Below, in pieces: positions 20,654 to 28,698 of a stretch of DNA of 64,000 nt (positions are counted from its first letter, which is position 1; the number at the start of each line of letters is the position of its first letter). The stretch covers positions 4,692-68,691 of the forward strand of contig JBBECE010000033.1 in assembly GCA_040881985.1 (NCBI GenBank), written 5' to 3'. The DNA is from Cucumibacter sp. GTDB lineage: Bacteria > Pseudomonadota > Alphaproteobacteria > Rhizobiales > Devosiaceae. The position numbers were made by a program, and so were the translations under genes. A model generated the notes under the pieces. That model saw only the letters and a program-made list of their open reading frames with translations, was not told the origin of the DNA and searched no databases.

Positions 20654-21844
20654 GTGACCGATATTGCCCGCCGCCCGCCCGCCATCGTCCCGGTCTGGAA
20701 GCGGCTTGCCTGGTTCGCCCTGCCGCTGGCGATCCTGGCGGCGGCGATCGCCTGGATCGTCGCCGCCGACCCGTTGCGCAGCTTCGACATCGGCGCCCCC
20801 CCGGTCGAGGCGCTGACCTTCGAGCGCACCATCCTCGACGACGCCGGCATGCATTTCCTGGTGCGCGCCGGCGGCTCGGAGCCGATGACCATCGCCCAGA
20901 TGCAGGTCGACGACGCCTATTGGCTGTTCACCCAGGACCCGCCCGGCAAGATCGCGCGCGGGGCGACCGTCTGGATTCACGTCCCCTACCCGTGGGTTTT
21001 GGGGGATGCCCATATGGTCGTGGCGCTGACCGATACGGGGACGGCATTCGAGCACGAAATCGCGGTGGCGGTGCCGACCCCGCAGCCGAGCTCCAGCCGA
21101 CTGACAGCGCAGGCGCTGATCGGGGTCATCGTCGGCATTCTGCCCGTCGCCGTCGGTTTGATGTTCTACCCGGCGCTGCGCGGGGTCGGCCGGGGCGGAA
21201 TGAATTTCCTGCTGGCGCTGACGGTGGGGCTGCTGGCGTTTCTGCTGGTCGAGACGATCGACGACGCGTTCGAACTCGCGGCCAAAGCCGCCGCCATTTT
21301 CCAGGGCCCGGTCATGGTCGTCCTGGCGGGCGCGGCGAGTTTTTTGCTGTTGATGGCGGTCGGCCGGCGCGCCGGTGCGCCGACGGGGCTGGCGCTCTCC
21401 ACCTTCATCGCCCTCGGCATCGGCCTGCACAATCTCGGCGAGGGTCTGGCGATCGGGGGTGCCTTCGCAGCCGGGGCCGCCGGGCTTGGCACGTTCCTCG
21501 TCGTCGGCTTTGCCTTGCACAACATCACCGAGGGTATCGGCATCGCCGCGCCGATCCTGAAGGTCCGCCCCCCCTTGTGGGCCTTCGCCGCGCTGACGCT
21601 GCTCGCCGGCGGCCCGGCGGTGATCGGGCTGTGGATCGGCAGCCTCGCTTACGCCCCGCAATGGTCGGCGCTGGCACTGGCGGTCGGCGGCGGCGCTATA
21701 TTGCAGGTCATCGTCGAGGTCCTCGCTTACTTGCTGCGATCCGCAGGCGAAGGATCGCGGACGCTGGTCGCGCCGAGTACCGTGGCGGGTCTGGCGGCGG
21801 GGGTCGGATTCATGTTCGTCACCGCGATGCTGGTGAAGTTCTGA
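20654..21844 (+). CDS. ZIP family metal transporter with an N-terminal TM plus periplasmic extension
   Basis: GTG 20654 lies 4 nt after the MCO stop. The C-terminal half has paired ZIP motifs GLHNLGEGLAIG and ALHNITEGIGIA. The first 150 aa or so are one TM plus a soluble domain. Confidence 0.85.
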   Translation: MTDIARRPPAIVPVWKRLAWFALPLAILAAAIAWIVAADPLRSFDIGAPPVEALTFERTILDDAGMHFLVRAGGSEPMTIAQMQVDDAYWLFTQDPPGKIARGATVWIHVPYPWVLGDAHMVVALTDTGTAFEHEIAVAVPTPQPSSSRLTAQALIGVIVGILPVAVGLMFYPALRGVGRGGMNFLLALTVGLLAFLLVETIDDAFELAAKAAAIFQGPVMVVLAGAASFLLLMAVGRRAGAPTGLALSTFIALGIGLHNLGEGLAIGGAFAAGAAGLGTFLVVGFALHNITEGIGIAAPILKVRPPLWAFAALTLLAGGPAVIGLWIGSLAYAPQWSALALAVGGGAILQVIVEVLAYLLRSAGEGSRTLVAPSTVAGLAAGVGFMFVTAMLVKF

Positions 21845-21968
21845 GGCGAGTGAGGAAGCGGCAGCCCTGCCGACCGGCAAGACAGACTTTGTCCCGATCG
21901 GCAAAGCGAACTTTGGTCAATTAAATAATGATCGACGTTCAAATGCAAATCTGGCAAAAGTTGCGGCG

Positions 21969-22610
21969 ATGGGCAGGCGTTCCGAACATTCGCAGGACGA
22001 GCAGCGCCGGATGGCGCTCGATGCGGCGCACGCCATCGTCAGGCGGGACGGCTTGCGGGCGCTCTCGGTGCGCCGGATCGCCGGCAAGATGGGCTACGCC
22101 GCTGGAACTCTCTATCAGCTCTTCGAAGATCTCGACGATCTGATCATCATCATGAATTCCGAGACCCTCGAGAAGCTCTACGCGAGCGCCAGCAAGGTTG
22201 AGCCTGGTGGGGAACCGTCGGAGACGCTGATCAGACTCGCCGAGGTCTATATCCGGTCGGTCACCCGGGAGCCGAAGCTCTGGAACGCCGTGTTCGAGTA
22301 CAGCCCGCCGGTCGACCGGGTGATGCCGGCGCGCTACCAGGGTGCGGTGGCGAAATTGCTGGGGCTGGTGCAGGCCGTGCTCGCGCCCTTGTTCCCGCCG
22401 GGCGAGGAAGCCGGCCGGCTGCGCGAGGCGCGGGTGATGTGGGCGGGGCTTTACGGCATCGCCACGCTGGCGAGTTCGCGCAAGAGCTCGGTCGAGATCG
22501 ACTCGAGCGCCATGGTTCGGACTCTGGCGACAACCTATCTGGCCGGCCTCAAGGCGCTCCGGGCCGAAGCGGGCACGGAGCGAAAGCCGCGGCGGACAGC
22601 GGCGCAATAG
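21969..22610 (+). CDS. TetR/AcrR family transcriptional regulator
   Basis: 213 aa with an N-terminal TetR HTH (LRALSVRRIAGKMGYAAGTLYQLFEDLDDL). Confidence 0.9.
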   Translation: MGRRSEHSQDEQRRMALDAAHAIVRRDGLRALSVRRIAGKMGYAAGTLYQLFEDLDDLIIIMNSETLEKLYASASKVEPGGEPSETLIRLAEVYIRSVTREPKLWNAVFEYSPPVDRVMPARYQGAVAKLLGLVQAVLAPLFPPGEEAGRLREARVMWAGLYGIATLASSRKSSVEIDSSAMVRTLATTYLAGLKALRAEAGTERKPRRTAAQ

Positions 22611-22691
22611 GATCGGCGCACTGAAAGCGTCTTGGCATCCCCGGCCGCCGGCCGCCCTGGCACAGCCGGGAGGAGGCGAACCCAGAGCCTC

Positions 22692-23270
22692 TCAGGGCGA
22701 CGATGGGGCGGCTGCGGCGCGCGCCGCGCTCCGGCGCTTGAGATAGGTGGTCAGGGCGATCGCGACCGCGACGGCAAACGCCCCGAAACCGATGCCGAGC
22801 GCCCCGAAGATCGCCGCGACCAGGTCGCCGACGACGCCCTGGCCAACCGCCAGCACCGTCCGCGGCCCGTTTTGGCCTTTGGCATAACTCGCGGTCAGGC
22901 TGTAGTCGCCGGGCTCGGCAATCTCGAAGGTGAAGATCGACGTGCCTGCCCGGTCGCCGAATGTGTAGCTCGCCGTTACGCCCGGCTGCGCCAGCGGTAT
23001 TCCCCGATTGTCGGAGACCACGCGCACCGCGACCGTCAGTCCCGAAATATCCCCGGCATTGAACAAGGCGCCATCGACCACGCTTTGCGCCTCGTGGAAG
23101 ATCGTGTAGCTGCCCGGAGCGTCGAGCGAAAGAATGGCTTCGCCGGGAACGACCACCCGGGTCAGCCGGCCCTGAATTTCCTGCACCTGCGGCACCAGGA
23201 AAAGCCCGGCTCCCGCCGCCCCGATCAGAAACACCGCGATCGCGACCAGATACCACTTGCGGCCTGGCAT
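22692..23270 (-). CDS. hypothetical membrane protein (TM, beta-rich ectodomain, TM)
   Basis: ORF 22692..23354, with the start moved to ATG 23270, 1 nt after the stop of the giant upstream gene. N-terminal TM WYLVAIAVFLIGAAGAGLFLV, C-terminal TM VAAIFGALGIGFGAFAVAVAIAL. No family recognised. Confidence 0.6.
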   Translation of the reverse strand: MPGRKWYLVAIAVFLIGAAGAGLFLVPQVQEIQGRLTRVVVPGEAILSLDAPGSYTIFHEAQSVVDGALFNAGDISGLTVAVRVVSDNRGIPLAQPGVTASYTFGDRAGTSIFTFEIAEPGDYSLTASYAKGQNGPRTVLAVGQGVVGDLVAAIFGALGIGFGAFAVAVAIALTTYLKRRSAARAAAAPSSP

Positions 23271-23271
23271 C

Positions 23272-26200
23272 TCAAAGCCCCATCGATTGACGCACGCCGT
23301 CGAGCTCGGCCTTTTCTTCCGGCGTTGCGTCCGCCCGCGCGCGGAAACTCGCAATATAGCCGACGCCCTCGCGCACGAAGAAAAACAGCCGCACGTGTCG
23401 CTTGTCCTGGGTCAGTTCCTCCACCGTCTCGTAGATGTCGGCGTTTGCCGTCGGGCCGGCGCTGAGGATCGTGCTGAACGGTTGGGTTACCCCGTCAATT
23501 TCGACAGTCGACGCCTTCAGCCCCGCCAATTCGTCATCGAACAATTCCTCGACGCTGGCGAAGTCGCGATCCATTCGCCGCATCAGTACCATATCGAGAC
23601 GCGATGCGGCGTCCGGGGTGGGTTTGCCCATCGCCCAGAGATAGCGCCCCGGCCAGCGCAATTCGTCGGCGATCTTCCAGCCGTCGGGTACGCCGAGACG
23701 CAAATCATGGAGCGAATTGACGTAGACCCCGTCGGCTTCCCGGTCCCAGCCGCGGCCGCCAAACGGCGCGCTCTCGCCTTCGGGCGCCACGATCTCAAAC
23801 GGAATGGAGGCGACTTTTGTGCCGCCTTCGGTCAGCTCGACCCGATAGGTGCCGGCGGCCAGGGGCAGATAGTCCTGATAAAACAGTCCCCACCAGGCAT
23901 TTCCATCCGGTTGTTCCGGGATGAGTTCGCTGGCGAAGAGGAAGTCCTCGCCGCGATACCACTGCGCGGCAAGCGGCTCATTGGTCGGCGCGCCCGCGAA
24001 GCGGAACCACACGATGACCTGACTGGTGCCGAGCTCAAATGTGGTGCCCGCCCGCGATGCATCGAAGCCCTCGGCGGCGGCATCGGCATCGCCCAGCGCG
24101 ACCTCCTTGATCGCGGCTCCCGGGTCCGTCGGCGCGTAAATGGAGAAGTCGACCGCGCTCGTCTCGCCACCGGAGACGCCGACAGCACAATCCGGCGCGC
24201 TGATCGTGCCTGTCGTCGGCCACTTTTCGGTGGCAACCCCGTCGCAATCGGGATCGCGCAACACATACCCGTATTCCGCAAGCCCGCCCGGCAGCCAAGC
24301 ATAGGCCCAGATCGTGCCGCCCACCGCATAGCGGTGGATCTGATCGCCCGAAGCCGAGACGAAGAACTCGAGCGTCGTCTCAGCGCCCTCGATCGCCGGG
24401 CTCGCATCGATCTGGCGCGTCTCCTGCAGCGTGAAGCCGCTCATCGTGAATTGCGGATAGCCCGATTCATTGATCTCCGGCGCCGGGGTCATATCGGCGC
24501 TCTCCCGGGCGATTCGCCAGACGCGCCAATTGTCAAAGCTCACCGCGACCGCGGCTCCCCCCGTTGTGGCAACGAAGAGGCCCGCCTGGCCCGCCGGCCA
24601 ATTGGCGTCCGCAATTTCGATCACCAGTGTGCCGTTGACATAAAAGCTCAGCGTTGCGCCGTCGGCGACAAGCTTCAAATGGTTGGCCTCGCCGGCTGGA
24701 CTAAGCGTGCCGTCCGGCGTGCGTGAAGTGAGCTCGCTGTCGAGGGCCATGTTGCCATCCACCAGGCGCACCGCCGCAAAGGATCCGTCCGAGGCGATCA
24801 TGAAGGCATGAAAATTTGTCTCGTCCTGGCTGCGGACGAAGAGGCCGAAGGGATGCGGGGGCGACCCTTCTTCCGGGGTCGCATCGACTTCGATGATGAC
24901 ATCGCCGAGCGGTTCGCGCTCCTGAGCCACCATTGCGAGCAGATTCGGCGCTGCCGCCAAAGCGACGCGATAATGCCCTTCCCGATAGCCCGCTTCGACC
25001 CCGGTCGCTTTCCTGGGCTGCCAGCCGCTCGAAGGGTCGTCGAAATCATCGGAGGCCAGCAACTCTCCGGCCAAGGCAGCGCCGGTGGCCGGCGGCGGGG
25101 GAGCAGATTCGCCTTGCGCGTCTGGGCCCGTTGCGGCGATTGTGAAGGTCGCCGCCGGCGCCAACGCCAAGCCGTTCTCGAGGATTTGCACTTGGTAATT
25201 GCCGGCCGGCAAGGGCTCGGCGCCCTGCATGGCCATGTACCAGCTGCTTTCGCCCGCTGCTTGATTGAGCGTCTCGTTTTGCTCGAGGACGACCGAGCCA
25301 TCCTGCAACCAGCGGATATCAACGCGCAGGCCGTCCGGAGCATCCCGCCAAACGTAGGTCGCGTCGACGCGAAGAGTTCCCAGGGGGAAGTCGGTGCCGG
25401 CCCCGTCGAACTCTTGCGCCGCGAGGCTGACCGAGGTCAGAACCGACGCGGCAGGGGCCCCGCCCGTTGCCGCCGGAGTTTCGGTGGTGACCGTCGCACC
25501 GCCCGAGGCGAGGTCGACCGCCACCAACTCGCCGGCGGCGACCGAAATGCCTTCCGCCCGCCGTTCGGCTTCGCTTTCAAAGTCCTGCCGCCAATAAATG
25601 TCGTAGCTGCCGGGCGGCAACATCAACGGGAGGTCAAACCGCCCTTCCGACCAATTGATCCGGTCGTCCGCGTCGGCGCCCGGTTCGGTGACACCCCACC
25701 AGCCATAGGTCTCGTCCATCGCCGGCGTGTCGGCAGCCACCTTGAGACCGATCCCCGCGTCGGCGGAAATTGTGCCGAGCTTTCCCGCCTCGACGGCAAT
25801 GCCTTCGGCGATGAGCATCGGCTCGCCGGAAGTCGGGTAATCCTGCACCCAATAGACGTCGTAACTGCCCGGCGGCATCATCAGGGGCACGTCGAAGCGG
25901 CCTTTCGACCAGGCGATCCGCTCGCCCGGTTCATCGCCGGACTCCGTCACGCCCCACCAGCCATAAGTCTCGTCCATCGCCGGCACCCAGTCCGCCGCCG
26001 CGATCTGCAGGCCGGAATCAACGGCGATGCTGCCAAGCGTTGCGGCTTTCACCTCGACGCCTTCGGCGATGAGCATCGGCTCGCCGGAAGTCGGGTAATC
26101 CTGCACCCAATAGACGTCGTAACTGCCCGGCGGCATCATCAGGGGCAAGTCGAAGCGGCCCTTCGACCAGTTGATCGGCTTGTCCGGATCGTCGCCGGGC

Positions 26201-26916
26201 TCGGTGACGCCCCACCAGCCGTAGGTCGCATCCATCGCCGGCACCCAGTCCGCCGCCGCGATCCGCAGGCCCGCGTTGGCAGCAATCGTGCCGAGCTTTC
26301 CGGCCTCAACGGCAACGCCCTCGGCGATGAGCATCGGCTCGTCCGAAGTCGCGTATTCCTGCACCCAATAAACGTCGTAGCTGCCGGGCGGCAGCAGCAG
26401 CGGCACGTCGAAGCGGCCCGTGGACCAATTGATCGGCTTGTCCGGATCGTCGCCGGGCTCGGTGACGCCCCACCAGCCATAGGTCGCGTCCATCGACGGC
26501 ACCCAATCGGCCGCCGCGATCTGCAAGCCCGCATCGGCATGCACTACCGCCGTCCGGCCGTCGGCGACGACCACCCCCTCGGCAAGCAGCATCGGCACGT
26601 CAGAAGTTGCGTATGCCTGCACCCAATAGACATCGTAGGTGCCGGGCGGCACCGGCAAGGGCTCGTCGAAGCGTCCCGTGGACCAATGCTGCCGATCGTC
26701 CGGATCGGCTCCCGGAGCGGTAACACCCCACCAACCATAGGTGGCGTCCATCGCCGGCACCCACGCAGCGGCCTCGAGACGAATGCCGGTCTGCGCCAAC
26801 GCCGGTGCCGAGCAAAGCAGGGTGAAGAAGGCGGTCGCCAGAAGCGCGCCCAACGAACCCCGCAGCCGAACCGCGCGGCGCGCCATAATTTGCAGGAGAT
26901 TCAAGCGTTTCAGCAT
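23272..26916 (-). CDS. large secreted multidomain repeat protein (5x 86-aa repeats, two beta-sandwich-like modules, a ConA/LamG (DUF1080-like) domain, unknown C-terminal domain)
   Basis: ORF 23272..26988. Likely start is ATG 26916 or 26886 (signal peptide ...LLATAFFTLLCSAPALAQ). The codon bias is strong. The LamG-like block is DDFDDPSSGWQ...FGLFVRSQDETNFHAF...LSFYVNGTLV...VSFDNWRVW. The antisense 854-aa ORF is an Arg/Gly-rich artefact. Confidence 0.8.
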   Translation of the reverse strand: MLKRLNLLQIMARRAVRLRGSLGALLATAFFTLLCSAPALAQTGIRLEAAAWVPAMDATYGWWGVTAPGADPDDRQHWSTGRFDEPLPVPPGTYDVYWVQAYATSDVPMLLAEGVVVADGRTAVVHADAGLQIAAADWVPSMDATYGWWGVTEPGDDPDKPINWSTGRFDVPLLLPPGSYDVYWVQEYATSDEPMLIAEGVAVEAGKLGTIAANAGLRIAAADWVPAMDATYGWWGVTEPGDDPDKPINWSKGRFDLPLMMPPGSYDVYWVQDYPTSGEPMLIAEGVEVKAATLGSIAVDSGLQIAAADWVPAMDETYGWWGVTESGDEPGERIAWSKGRFDVPLMMPPGSYDVYWVQDYPTSGEPMLIAEGIAVEAGKLGTISADAGIGLKVAADTPAMDETYGWWGVTEPGADADDRINWSEGRFDLPLMLPPGSYDIYWRQDFESEAERRAEGISVAAGELVAVDLASGGATVTTETPAATGGAPAASVLTSVSLAAQEFDGAGTDFPLGTLRVDATYVWRDAPDGLRVDIRWLQDGSVVLEQNETLNQAAGESSWYMAMQGAEPLPAGNYQVQILENGLALAPAATFTIAATGPDAQGESAPPPPATGAALAGELLASDDFDDPSSGWQPRKATGVEAGYREGHYRVALAAAPNLLAMVAQEREPLGDVIIEVDATPEEGSPPHPFGLFVRSQDETNFHAFMIASDGSFAAVRLVDGNMALDSELTSRTPDGTLSPAGEANHLKLVADGATLSFYVNGTLVIEIADANWPAGQAGLFVATTGGAAVAVSFDNWRVWRIARESADMTPAPEINESGYPQFTMSGFTLQETRQIDASPAIEGAETTLEFFVSASGDQIHRYAVGGTIWAYAWLPGGLAEYGYVLRDPDCDGVATEKWPTTGTISAPDCAVGVSGGETSAVDFSIYAPTDPGAAIKEVALGDADAAAEGFDASRAGTTFELGTSQVIVWFRFAGAPTNEPLAAQWYRGEDFLFASELIPEQPDGNAWWGLFYQDYLPLAAGTYRVELTEGGTKVASIPFEIVAPEGESAPFGGRGWDREADGVYVNSLHDLRLGVPDGWKIADELRWPGRYLWAMGKPTPDAASRLDMVLMRRMDRDFASVEELFDDELAGLKASTVEIDGVTQPFSTILSAGPTANADIYETVEELTQDKRHVRLFFFVREGVGYIASFRARADATPEEKAELDGVRQSMGL
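25498..26790 (-). repeat. five in-frame tandem repeats (period 258 bp / 86 aa) inside the large gene
   Basis: Repeat consensus: AAADWVPAMDATYGWWGVTEPGDDPDKPINWS.GRFD.PL..PPGSYDVYWVQ.Y.TS.EPMLIAEGV.V.AG.LG.I. An 89-bp stretch is identical at 25801-25889 and 26059-26147, exactly 258 bp apart. Confidence 0.9.
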
Positions 26917-27368
26917 GATCGCCCTTCGTTGGTCGAAACCCGCCGGCACCATTGGCCGACTGGGTCGGGTCGGGTCCAGCATCCGCAACGAGCATCAATG
27001 TTAGGCGTTTCCCGACCGGGTAGGAAGGCCGCATTCGGAAAGGGGCGGAGAACCGGCGCCCCCGAGAGCTTGCAAACCTCCGACCTCTGCCTTGGGACGG
27101 CAGGGGGCCGGCGCAAGTTTCCTTCTGATTTGGCTCCGCATGAGCGTCGGCTTTGCGCCATGCGCGGACTCTCGGAGCCCCGCTTTCGCGGTTTTGAGCC
27201 CGCATCCGCAAGCCGAAGCGTTGCGCCCGCAAACGTTGGAGGCAGGCTGACGCGCCACCTGCGTGAAACGCTGCGGCCTGGACCACCGGATGGCCGATGC
27301 GCCCAGGCGCCACGGCCGACGTACCTCCTGTTACACCAACCCCGGCCAGCAGGGCTGACGTTCTGGAG

Positions 27369-27672
27369 CTAGGCAGTACCGGTCGTCGCCGCGCCGCGGC
27401 GGCGAGTGTGCGCTTCCTGCTGCATAATAAACAGCGAGGCGGCCATGATCAGCAAGGCCCCGGCCAGAAACAGACATTCGGCACTTGCGCCAGGATTACC
27501 CAGCTCGCCAGCACGTTAAGCGGCAGCTTCAGGTCGTCTAAGGGCTGCAGGTAGGTGGCGTCGGTAACGGCATAAGCGCGGGTGAGAAGATACTGCGCCG
27601 CCCCGTTCAAAAGGCCGATAAGCAGGATCAGCCACAGCACGGCCCCAATGTAGGTCGCGGCGCTGCCACGCG
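27369..27672 (-). pseudogene. remnant of a DMT/EamA-family transporter (C-terminal third, frameshifted)
   Basis: The minus strand reads ...YIGAVLWLILLIGLLNGAAQYLLTRAYAVTDATYLQPLDDLKLPLNVLASWVILAQVP. After a +1 shift it reads ECLFLAGALLIMAASLFIMQQEAHTRRRGAATTGTA and then a stop at 27371-27369. No N-terminal two-thirds is present. Confidence 0.45.
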
Positions 27673-27731
27673 CATTGGAGACGGGCAGCGATGGGTCCCA
27701 GTTCCGCAATCTCGTCGGGCGTCGGCGGCCG

Positions 27732-28694
27732 CTATCGCGCTCGCTTCGAGATTGAGCTCGACGCCACCGCCAGCACAATTATGCCGCCGACTAGAACTTG
27801 GCGCACATAGCTGTCGACGCTCATCTGCGTCAGGCCATTGTCGAGGACGCCAAGGATCAGAACCCCGATCAAGGTGGCAAGAATGCGCGGCTCGCTCTGT
27901 TCGCTCATCGTCATCCCGAGAAACACCGCGGCGATGGCGTTGAGCATCAGACCGCTTCCCTGTGTCGGATTTGCCGAAGCAACGCGACTCGCATACATCA
28001 GACCGGCCACAGAGGCGCTGAACCCAGTCAGCGAAAAGGCGATGAGCTTCAGCCGCCGCACGGCAACGCCGCTCAGGTGCGCCGCCTCGATATTGCCGCC
28101 GATCGCGTAAAGCCGCCGGCCAAAGGTCGTCTGCTCGAGCAGCACCCAAACCACCAGCACCATGATCGCCGCTGCGATCGTGAGATTGGGGAGGGCGATC
28201 GCCACGCCGCCGAAATCGCCCAGCGCAATGCCCTCGCGCGCGAAATTGGCAAAGCTCTCGGGAATGTCGCGGCCGAAGATCGTCTTGCCGCCGCTGACGA
28301 CGAAAGCCAAGCCGGAAAACATCGTGAGCGTCGCGAGTGTGGCAACGAACGGCAGAATGCCGATGAAGCTGACGAGAACGCCATTGAACGCCCCGCCCGC
28401 GAGGCCAACCAGCAGCGCCAATGCCACGGCAAGCCAGACCGGATAGCCGAGGGTAAAGAGCAACGCCGCAACGATGCCCGCAAAGCTTGCCATCGAGCCG
28501 ACGCTAAGATCGAAATCGCCCATCACCATCACGATCGTCATCCCAGCGGCGGCGACGATCAGCATCGAGAGCTGCTGGCTGATGTTCAGCCAGTTGCGTG
28601 CCGTCATAAAAGTGTCGGGAAGATTGACCGAAAAGAAGATCAGAATGGCGAGAAAGCCGATGAGGGTGCCGTAGCGCCGAAGCAGGGTTGCCAT
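27732..28694 (-). CDS. sugar ABC transporter permease (RbsC/AraH type)
   Basis: ORF 27732..28808, with the start moved to ATG 28694 (MATLLRRYGTLIGFLAILIFF), 5 nt after the ATPase stop. About 10 TM segments. Confidence 0.9.
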   Translation of the reverse strand: MATLLRRYGTLIGFLAILIFFSVNLPDTFMTARNWLNISQQLSMLIVAAAGMTIVMVMGDFDLSVGSMASFAGIVAALLFTLGYPVWLAVALALLVGLAGGAFNGVLVSFIGILPFVATLATLTMFSGLAFVVSGGKTIFGRDIPESFANFAREGIALGDFGGVAIALPNLTIAAAIMVLVVWVLLEQTTFGRRLYAIGGNIEAAHLSGVAVRRLKLIAFSLTGFSASVAGLMYASRVASANPTQGSGLMLNAIAAVFLGMTMSEQSEPRILATLIGVLILGVLDNGLTQMSVDSYVRQVLVGGIIVLAVASSSISKRAR

Positions 28695-28698
28695 CTGG

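Noticed and set aside
25498-26790. Regularly spaced repeats that might be mistaken for a CRISPR array or satellite
   Set aside because: The period is 258 bp with no short unique spacers. The array is in frame inside a long ORF and translates to a conserved 86-aa protein repeat.
27060-27215. c-di-GMP-I (GEMM-I) riboswitch-like pieces in the 5' leader of the giant gene (minus strand: CAAAACC-GC-GAAA-GC-GGGG ... GGCGCAAAGCC)
   Set aside because: The GNRA hairpin and the CGCAAAGC box resemble GEMM-I. However, about 20 extra nt separate them, where the consensus has them adjacent, and I could not build the P1 helix or the 3' helix. It is probably chance in GC-rich DNA. An Infernal scan with RF01051 would settle it.
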